From assembly GCA_050949565.1 (NCBI GenBank), contig JBMNFY010000004.1:1-64000 (forward strand): DNA of 64,000 nt. Reading direction: 5' to 3'. The stretch is from Kiritimatiellia bacterium. Lineage in GTDB: Bacteria; Verrucomicrobiota; Kiritimatiellia; RFP12; UBA1067. Below, in pieces: positions 57,013 to 64,000 of the stretch. The position numbers and the translations under genes are program-made. The notes under the pieces are model-generated. The model was not told the origin of the DNA, ran no database searches, and was given only the letters and a program-made list of their open reading frames with translations. Every line of letters starts with the position of its first letter. The first letter of the stretch is position 1.

Positions 57013-57474
57013 ATGAAAGAGATCGTGGGAAAATTGGATGCAACGGGCCTGAAGATGGCCTTGGTGGTCAGCCGCTTCAACAGCTTTTTCACCGAGCAGT
57101 TGGTGAAGGGCGCAGTGGATTGTTTTGTGCGGCATGGTGGCAAAGAGGCGGACCTCACGCTGGTGCGCGTGCCGGGTGCCAATGAACTGCCCCAGGTAGC
57201 GCAGCGTCTGGCGGCGACCGGGAAGGTCGATGCGGTGGTCACGTTGGGCGCGGTCATTCAAGGAGCAACCCCGCACGCCGATCTGATCAACGGCACGGTG
57301 GCGCGCTCGCTCGCCAAAATCGCGCTCGATACCGGCGTGCCGGTTCTGAACGGCATTGTCTGTGCGCTGAATTTGGAACAGGCGATCGAACGCGCCGGCA
57401 CCAAGCAGGGCAACAAGGGCTGGGACGCGGTGGCAGCCGCGATCGAGACGGTCAACGTGCTCAAGGCTTTGTGA
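57013..57474 (+). CDS. ribH: 6,7-dimethyl-8-ribityllumazine synthase
   Basis: VVSRFN, VPGANELP, LGAVIQGATPH, QAIERAGTKQGNKG. Confidence 0.96.
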   Translation: MKEIVGKLDATGLKMALVVSRFNSFFTEQLVKGAVDCFVRHGGKEADLTLVRVPGANELPQVAQRLAATGKVDAVVTLGAVIQGATPHADLINGTVARSLAKIALDTGVPVLNGIVCALNLEQAIERAGTKQGNKGWDAVAAAIETVNVLKAL

Positions 57475-57483
57475 GGCGTATCT

Positions 57484-57978
57484 ATGGCGACACGCAGACA
57501 AGGACGCGAGTGGGCGCTGCAGATGCTGTTTCAGGCGGATATGAATCCGGGGCTGGACATCGAGAAGTCGATTCCTAAGTTCTGGCGGCAGCAGTACACC
57601 TGCAAGGTCGAAGAGGCCGAAGATCGTGATGTCGAGCTGCCCGCATCCAAAAAACCGGTGGAGGACCGCGTGGCACCGCCGAAGATTCGCGACTTCACCG
57701 AAAAGCTGGTGCGCGGTGTGCTAGGGCATCTTGACGAGATCGACGACAAGCTGGCCGCCTACACCAAAAACTGGCCGCTGTACCGCATGGGAACCGTCGA
57801 GCGCAATGTCCTGCGGCTCGCCTTCTACGAGTTGCTCTATTGCAGTGACGTGCCGCCTGCGGTTGTGCTAAATGAAGCGATCGATCTGGCCAAGTATTTC
57901 AGCAACACCGATTCTGGACGCTTTGTTAATGGCATCCTCGACCGCTTGAACAAGGATCTGCACCCAACGTCGAAGTGA
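57484..57978 (+). CDS. nusB: Transcription antitermination factor NusB
   Basis: RRQGREWALQMLFQ, VERNVLRLA, VVLNEAIDLAKYF, FVNGILD. Confidence 0.96.
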   Translation: MATRRQGREWALQMLFQADMNPGLDIEKSIPKFWRQQYTCKVEEAEDRDVELPASKKPVEDRVAPPKIRDFTEKLVRGVLGHLDEIDDKLAAYTKNWPLYRMGTVERNVLRLAFYELLYCSDVPPAVVLNEAIDLAKYFSNTDSGRFVNGILDRLNKDLHPTSK

Positions 57979-58053
57979 AGGGCTTTTGGAAAAAGGATCA
58001 GACAGATCGGGCTGATCAGACGGATCTGACGGATCAAACAAAAAACGAGCAGC

Positions 58054-59160
58054 ATGAATAGCGTTTCCAGCCATGACCGCAAGTGGATGCGGCGGGCGAT
58101 TGCGCTGGCGCGGCGCGGCGAAGGGCACACGCGCCCCAACCCGCCGGTCGGCGCTGTGGTCGTGTACGGCACCGGCAAACTGGGCGAGGGCTTTCACCGT
58201 CGCGCGGGCGAGGCGCATGCCGAGGTCGTGGCACTGGATGCTTGTCGCGGCGCGGCGCGCGGCGCGACGCTGTATGTGACGCTTGAGCCGTGCTCCACGC
58301 AGGGGCGTACGCCGCCCTGCACCGACCGCATTCTGAGCGAAGGCATCGCGCGCGTGGTGGTCGGCTGCTGCGATGAGAACAGCTGTCACCGCGGACGCGG
58401 TCTGGAGATCCTGGCCGCGCACGGGGTCGAGGTGGTCTGCGGCGTTTGCGAAGAAGAAGCACGCGAGTTGGCGCGTCCGTTTTTCAAGCACGTCACCACG
58501 GGACTGCCGTATGTGACGGTCAAGCTCGCGATGACGCTTGACGGGCGCATCGCCGACCGTGAGCAGCGTTCGCAATGGATCACCGGCGCGGCGGCACGCG
58601 CCGAGGTGCAGCGCCTGCGGCGGCGCGTGGATGTGATGCTGGTCGGGGCGGGCACGGTCTGCGCCGATGATCCGTCGTTGCTCTGTCGGTTGCGCGGAGC
58701 GGGGGACGACCTGATGCGTGTGGTGGTGGATGCGTCGGGGCGCACGCCGGCGCGGGCGCAGGTGTATACCGATGCGGCGGCGGCGCGTACGGTTGTGGCG
58801 ACGACGCAGGCCGGGGCAGCCCGCAAGGCGGCGGACTGGGCGCGGCAGGGTGCTCAGGTCTGGACATTCGACGCCGATGCCGATGGACGCGTGCCGCTCG
58901 AACCCTTGTTGAAACGATTGGGTGCGGCGGGGGTTCTGCATGTGCTCTGTGAAGGTGGCGGACGTTTGGCCGGTGCCTTGCAGGATGCGGGACTGGTGGA
59001 TGCCTACGATCTTTTTTATGCGCCGGTGCTGTTGGGTGACAGCCGGGCAGTCGGTGCGCTGGAAGGACGCGGCACGTTGCTGGCCGACGTGCTGCGCTGG
59101 CGTTGTGTGGATGTGAAGCGGTTCGGCGAGGATGTCCGGATCCGTGTACGGAGGGCGTGA
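58054..59160 (+). CDS. ribD: Riboflavin biosynthesis deaminase/reductase
   Basis: PNPPVGAV, HAE, TLEPC..GRTPPC, TLDGRIA, EGGG. Confidence 0.96.
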   Translation: MNSVSSHDRKWMRRAIALARRGEGHTRPNPPVGAVVVYGTGKLGEGFHRRAGEAHAEVVALDACRGAARGATLYVTLEPCSTQGRTPPCTDRILSEGIARVVVGCCDENSCHRGRGLEILAAHGVEVVCGVCEEEARELARPFFKHVTTGLPYVTVKLAMTLDGRIADREQRSQWITGAAARAEVQRLRRRVDVMLVGAGTVCADDPSLLCRLRGAGDDLMRVVVDASGRTPARAQVYTDAAAARTVVATTQAGAARKAADWARQGAQVWTFDADADGRVPLEPLLKRLGAAGVLHVLCEGGGRLAGALQDAGLVDAYDLFYAPVLLGDSRAVGALEGRGTLLADVLRWRCVDVKRFGEDVRIRVRRA

Positions 59161-59163
59161 CAC

Positions 59164-59802
59164 ATGTTTACGGGACTCGTGCAGCGGGTAGGCGTGTTGA
59201 AGCAGCTGGCGCGCGCCGGCGAAGGGTGGGCGTTGACGCTGACGCATACGCCATGGCCGGATGCGCTCGTGCTCGGCGAGAGTGTCGCGGTACAGGGCGC
59301 GTGCCTGACGGTGACAGCGCAGGGCGAAGGATGGTTCACGGCTGATCTTTTGGACGAGACGCTGCAACGCACCGCGCTAAGGCGGCTGGGCGAAGGAACG
59401 CGGGTCAATCTCGAACGGGCTTTGGCGTTGGGCGACCGTCTCGGCGGCCACATCGTAAGCGGGCATGTCGATGAGCGCGGCGTGCTGGGCGCGATCGAAG
59501 ACCGCGGGCGCGATGTGGCGTGGTGGATCACCTGCTCCACGTCGTTGGCGCGGCAGACGGTGTTGAAAGGTTCGGTCGCAATTGACGGCGTGAGCCTCAC
59601 GGTCTCGGGACTCAGTGATAACGGCTTTGAGGTCAATCTCATTCCCCACACGCTGAAAGAAACCAGCCTGTGCGACCGTCGGGTCGGCGATGAGGTCAAT
59701 CTGGAAGGCGACCTGCTGGGCAAGTATGTGGCGCGTCTGTTGGGTCGGGATGAGTCGGGCGGAATCACCGAACGCATGTTGGCGGAGAACGGATTTTTAT
59801 GA
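59164..59802 (+). CDS. ribE: Riboflavin synthase (alpha chain)
   Basis: MFTG, GACLTV, VNLERAL..GDRLGGHIVSGHVD, KGSVAIDGVSLTV, IPHT. Confidence 0.96.
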   Translation: MFTGLVQRVGVLKQLARAGEGWALTLTHTPWPDALVLGESVAVQGACLTVTAQGEGWFTADLLDETLQRTALRRLGEGTRVNLERALALGDRLGGHIVSGHVDERGVLGAIEDRGRDVAWWITCSTSLARQTVLKGSVAIDGVSLTVSGLSDNGFEVNLIPHTLKETSLCDRRVGDEVNLEGDLLGKYVARLLGRDESGGITERMLAENGFL

Positions 59803-60743
59803 AAAGTGTGCTGTGCTTGGGATTGACGCCGACCTTGCAGCGGACACTGGTGTTTGACCGGCTGGAGATGGACGAGGTCAATCGCGCGCGTCAGGTCGTG
59901 GAATCGGCCGGCGGCAAGGCACTCAACGCAGCGCGTGCGCTGGTGGCGCTGGGCACGCCGACGCAGGTCGCCGGTTTCAACGGTGGTGACACCGGACGCC
60001 GGGTGACGGCGTATCTCTCCGCCTACGGTGTGGATGCACGCACGTTGACCACCACGAAGGCGCCGACCCGTATCTGCACGACTCTGATTGACCGCGCGGG
60101 CGGCACGGTGACCGAACTGGTTGAGGAGGCGCCGGCACCGGGTGTCGCCGCCTTACGCCGCTTCATGCGCGACACGCTGCGTCGGACGGCGGAGGCCGCA
60201 ATGTTGGTCATCTGCGGCACGCTGCCGCCCTACGCCGATGATACGTTCTACGTGCCGTTTGTGCGCGCCGCCACCGAGGCCGGCGTGCCGGTGGTGATCG
60301 ACTCACACCGTCAGGCGCTCGTCAACGTGCTGGCCGAGCGGCCGCTGCTCGCCAAGCTCAACGTGCGCGAACTGGAGACCACGCTGGGAGAACAACTGGC
60401 ATCCGAACAGCAGATCGTGCGCGGCATGCGTGAGATGCTCGCGCGCGGGGCGCGCCATGTCTTTGTGACGCAGGGCGGCAAAGCCGCGTATCTGGTGACG
60501 TCGCGCGGCGCATGGCGTTTCACGCCGCCGGAGATCAAGCAGCGCGTCAACCCGATCGGCAGCGGCGACAGCGCTACGGCCGGTATCGCGCATGCGTTGG
60601 TCACGGGCAAACCGATGACGCGCGCGGTCGCCCTCGGGCTAGCGTGCGGAAGTGCGAATGTCGAAAGCCTGACCCCTGCCGATCTCGATGTCAAGCGCGT
60701 CGCGGAACTGGCACGCAGGGTGGGTTTAGGATTTAGGATTTAG
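59799..60743 (+). CDS. 1-phosphofructokinase-family (PfkB) sugar kinase
   Basis: AGGKALNAAR, KLNVREL, NPIGSGDS; the stop codon lies inside a GGATTTA array. Confidence 0.9.
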   Translation: MKSVLCLGLTPTLQRTLVFDRLEMDEVNRARQVVESAGGKALNAARALVALGTPTQVAGFNGGDTGRRVTAYLSAYGVDARTLTTTKAPTRICTTLIDRAGGTVTELVEEAPAPGVAALRRFMRDTLRRTAEAAMLVICGTLPPYADDTFYVPFVRAATEAGVPVVIDSHRQALVNVLAERPLLAKLNVRELETTLGEQLASEQQIVRGMREMLARGARHVFVTQGGKAAYLVTSRGAWRFTPPEIKQRVNPIGSGDSATAGIAHALVTGKPMTRAVALGLACGSANVESLTPADLDVKRVAELARRVGLGFRI

Positions 60744-60795
60744 GATTTAGGATTTAGGATTTGGGCTTATCTCTTACTTCCACGTCTCACCGCGC

Positions 60796-63159
60796 TTAGG
60801 GCGCTGTGAAGCTGGTCACCACCTTGAAGAAGCGGCGGGGTACCGTCGGGTCGCGGGGGATCGTGAAGATGACTTGGCTGCCTGTCGCTTGGATGCTGTC
60901 GCCGATCTTCACCCAGTTGGTTTGGGTGAGATCGTCCACTCTGTAGACCGTATACCAGAGGCCGCTTTCGGCGTTGTCGATCTTGATGGTGGCCGTTCCG
61001 TCGCCGATGACGAACCCCTCGCCGTCTGCGGCGAAGGCGGGCGCGGCGGGAAGGCCTGACGCGAGGTAGTAGGTTTCGCCGATCGCCGGGGCACCGGTGA
61101 AGGTGCCGCCCGTGCCGGCGAACATGTCGATGTTCCAGTCTGTTGCTCCCGCCGCGTCCGCGTTGGCCGGGATACTCCACGGCATTCCGGGACCCTCGGT
61201 GTTCAGCACAATGCCCGTGCAGCCGTCGAACATTTCCTGATAGCAGCCCTCGGCCAGCGTCGTGGCGGGCAGCGCCGGCGCGTTTGTCAGTCCCGTACAG
61301 CCGGCGAACATGCGGTAATAGCAGCTCTTGGCCAGCGTCGTGGCGGGCAGCGCCGGTGCGCTGCTGAGCGCCGTACAGTTGCAGAAGAGGAACGAGAAAC
61401 AGTTGGTGGTCATGGCCGGATGCGCGCCGGCGGTCACCGTCGCATGGTCGAGCAGGGTCTCGATGTTGCCGGAGCAGGCGACTGTTCCCGGATCGGCAAC
61501 AATCGCCCATTCGGAACCATAATAGCCGGAAATGCGGCTGTTGCCCGTCCCGCGGAAGTAGAGCTTGTACGCGCCATTGGTGTAGTTCGCCGCGATGGTT
61601 GTCCCTGCGGAGGCGGTGATCTCGTACCACTTTATCGTGTTGGCGGAATAGGAAAGCGTTGCGTTCCATGATTTTGGGGGCACCGTGATCTTGAAGAACT
61701 CCGCGCTCGAGAAGGTGATGTACCCGAGCGGTTTCGCTGTCGCATCCGCGTTGGCGACGGTCACCGCATAGTCCCAGTCCCCGCCGCTCGTCGTGAAGGT
61801 GTAGACATTGTTGGGCAGCCAGAGGTAGAGCTTGCCGTTTTCGTCGGCGGCGAGGCCGTTGACGTTGTAGGGATCGAGGCCGTTGACGGTGGCTGCCGCA
61901 TTGGGCGTGAGATAGGGCACCGTCACGCACCAGACACGGACCGTGCCGTTGCTGGGTGCGGGGGCGATGGTGCTGTTCGCCAGGCGGATCGAGCCGCCGG
62001 TAAAGGTGTTCGCGCCGGAGACCGAACCGCCGCTCCCCGGCCCGATGTCCGCGCCGCCGCTCTTGCCCCGCGTGAAGACGATGCCGCCGCTGATGGTGAC
62101 CGTGCCGCCTGCGCCATAGTAACCGCCGCCGATGCCCGCGCCGTAAAGACCGCCCGTGGCCGTGACTGTGCCGCCTGCGCCATGGTGGCCGCCGCCGATG
62201 CCGGCGGCGTAACCGTTGGCGTCGCTCGTGCCGCTCGTGGCCGTGACCGTGCCGCCGTCGCCGTAGTAGCCGCCGCCAATACCCGCGCCTTCGGAGCCGC
62301 TGGAGGCTGTGACCGTGCCGCCGCTGATGGTGACCATGCCGCCGTTGCCTTGGTAGCCGCCGCCGATGCCCGCGCCTTCGTTACCGGCGGTGGCCATGAG
62401 CGTGCCGCCGGAGACGTCCACCGTGCCGCCTGCTCCGTTCCTGCCGCCGCCGATGCCCGCGCTTTGGTAGCCGCCCTGCGCCGTGACCGTGCCGCCGACG
62501 ATGGTGACCGTGCCGCCGGCACCGCCGTAGCCGCCACCGATGCCCGCGCCGCCGTTGCCGTCCCAGCCACCGGTGGCCGTGAGCGTGCCGCCTGAGATGG
62601 TGACCGTGCCGCCGATGCCCGCGCCTTGGTAACCGCCCAGTGCCGTGACCGTGCCGCCGGAAATCATGACCGTGCCGCTGTCGCCGCCTTCTCCGCCGCC
62701 GATGCCCGCGCCCCGGTCGCCGCCCGTCACCGTCAGCGCACTGGCCTCGTCGCCGGGCGTGTTGGTGATGGAGAGCGTCCGTCCCGCCGCAACCGCAAGG
62801 CCTGCCTGGGTCGCGCCGGAGGCGAGCGTGTTCGTTCCCGTGAGGAAGAGCGAGACGTTGGCGTTCGTCCCCAGTTCGAAGGCGCATTGGTTATTGCTGG
62901 TTGCCCGGAGCGTCAGGTTCGAGAGCGTGACCGTGCTCGTTACATTCGCCGAGACGACGACGCGTACCATACCCCATTCGTTGGTGCCGGAGAGCGTGAA
63001 CGGCCCCGCCCCGGAGAGCGTGAGCGTGTACGCGGCATACGACCAGCCCGTGCCGCTGGACGAGATGTCGTCGTCAAGGGCAACGCCGTTGACCGTCACT
63101 CCGGTCGGGGTAGCGCTGGCGGTTGTTGCGAGCAGGCCCGCGCAAGCGAGCGCGAGCAT
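60796..63159 (-). CDS. Gly-rich repeat surface protein with LRR-like PALPATTLA repeats
   Basis: About ten GAGIGGG..GGTVT(ISGGTVT)A units, two PALPATTLAxxCY..MF..CT units, C-terminal RRFFKV module, short signal peptide. Confidence 0.85.
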   Translation of the reverse strand: MLALACAGLLATTASATPTGVTVNGVALDDDISSSGTGWSYAAYTLTLSGAGPFTLSGTNEWGMVRVVVSANVTSTVTLSNLTLRATSNNQCAFELGTNANVSLFLTGTNTLASGATQAGLAVAAGRTLSITNTPGDEASALTVTGGDRGAGIGGGEGGDSGTVMISGGTVTALGGYQGAGIGGTVTISGGTLTATGGWDGNGGAGIGGGYGGAGGTVTIVGGTVTAQGGYQSAGIGGGRNGAGGTVDVSGGTLMATAGNEGAGIGGGYQGNGGMVTISGGTVTASSGSEGAGIGGGYYGDGGTVTATSGTSDANGYAAGIGGGHHGAGGTVTATGGLYGAGIGGGYYGAGGTVTISGGIVFTRGKSGGADIGPGSGGSVSGANTFTGGSIRLANSTIAPAPSNGTVRVWCVTVPYLTPNAAATVNGLDPYNVNGLAADENGKLYLWLPNNVYTFTTSGGDWDYAVTVANADATAKPLGYITFSSAEFFKITVPPKSWNATLSYSANTIKWYEITASAGTTIAANYTNGAYKLYFRGTGNSRISGYYGSEWAIVADPGTVACSGNIETLLDHATVTAGAHPAMTTNCFSFLFCNCTALSSAPALPATTLAKSCYYRMFAGCTGLTNAPALPATTLAEGCYQEMFDGCTGIVLNTEGPGMPWSIPANADAAGATDWNIDMFAGTGGTFTGAPAIGETYYLASGLPAAPAFAADGEGFVIGDGTATIKIDNAESGLWYTVYRVDDLTQTNWVKIGDSIQATGSQVIFTIPRDPTVPRRFFKVVTSFTAP

Positions 63160-63592
63160 TGACAGTTTAACGCAGAGACGCGGAGACGCAGAGATTGGTT
63201 TCTGGTTTCAAGTTCCATCCACAGAGCGGTGTTGTTCATGGTTGATCTTTTTGCTGAATTGAATACGGTATAAACATTATCCGGAAACAGTCGCGACTAA
63301 TAATGAGAGGGGGGAGGCGACGCAAGAACAAACGAGTAACATGTGTGTTTGTTAGTTCATGAGTACATGAGTACATGGGTTCATTGGTTTAGCGTGGTCA
63401 AAATCGGGATCGGGATCGAAATCGATAGAACCTTGGCTTGGCTTCGGCTTCAGGTTTTATGCGCGGTTTGGTTGCCGATTCTGCCGTACCTAAGCCAGTT
63501 TAAGGCTGTCGGTGCCGTTGGCCATGGCGATAAACCATGTGCCGCCTTTGCGGCTTTGTGTGAGATTGGATTGGGTCGCGGGCTCCGCCGCA

Positions 63593-64000
63593 TCAGAAGA
63601 ACCACTTGGCCAGACGCAGGATGCCTTGTTTCCACGGCACGCGATGGGAGACGCCCGACGCGTCCTTGAAGGAGTCAAGGTTGGCGACGTACCAGTGGTA
63701 GTTACGGATCAGCGCATCTTTGTTGGAGTAGCGCGGCGCGTATCCCAAGACACGTTCGGCCTTTTCGATGCTCACAAAGGAGTCCTCGCAGGCGGTCTCA
63801 TACACCCACTTGTAGAGCGGCGAGAGGCGCAGCAACTCTAGGAAGCGTAGCGCCCAGATCACCGGTTTGGCCGGCAACCCACGGATCTTTTTGCCGTGCC
63901 CGGCGACATCCAGCACGGCTTGATAATCTTCGCGCATGGTGGTGAACGCTTTGGCGCCGATGTTGAACGTGTCGTTGACCTTGGCGCTGTCCAGCGTGAG
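63593..64000 (-). CDS. NAD-dependent epimerase/dehydratase (3' part; runs off the window)
   Basis: NDTFNIGA and SIEKAERVLGYAP are typical extended-SDR C-terminal motifs. Confidence 0.75.
   Translation of the reverse strand, partial: LTLDSAKVNDTFNIGAKAFTTMREDYQAVLDVAGHGKKIRGLPAKPVIWALRFLELLRLSPLYKWVYETACEDSFVSIEKAERVLGYAPRYSNKDALIRNYHWYVANLDSFKDASGVSHRVPWKQGILRLAKWFF

Overview
High-GC bacterial chromosome segment. The gene content and the dense intergenic repeats suggest a PVC-group organism such as Kiritimatiellota or Lentisphaerota (inference). Housekeeping and metabolic genes: SSS and MFS transporters, pflB, gmd-fcl, a TonB-dependent receptor, TrmH, rdgB, metG, menA-like, rplM-rpsI, a DEAD-box helicase, hisD, secG, and an FMN-riboswitch-led ribBA-ribH-nusB-ribD-ribE-pfkB operon. 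There is a type II secretion operon (gspE-F-G-H-I-J-K-L-M-D) and two large modular surface proteins. A probable nhaA-I (Li+-I) riboswitch precedes a cluster of Na+-coupled transporter subunits. The most unusual feature is a layered set of repeat-based mobile DNA. (i) A ~3.3-kb island at 28.76-32.06 kb in which a 26-bp end sequence of a deleted HUH/Y1 (RAYT-like) transposase recurs in front of successive AT-richer gene cassettes (secreted protein, nucleotidyltransferase TA pair, Phd fragment), with a solo copy at 24.36 kb. This resembles an integrase-free cassette-capture system. (ii) TIR-bounded 'container' elements filled with interchangeable REP-like hairpin modules. (iii) A four-helix-bundle gene flanked by 10-bp-period repeat hairpins. 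(iv) Many 6-9-mer tandem arrays at gene junctions, some of which invade start codons (fcl) or run in frame through prepilin leaders (gspJ, gspK). No CRISPR array, tRNA or rRNA was recognised.
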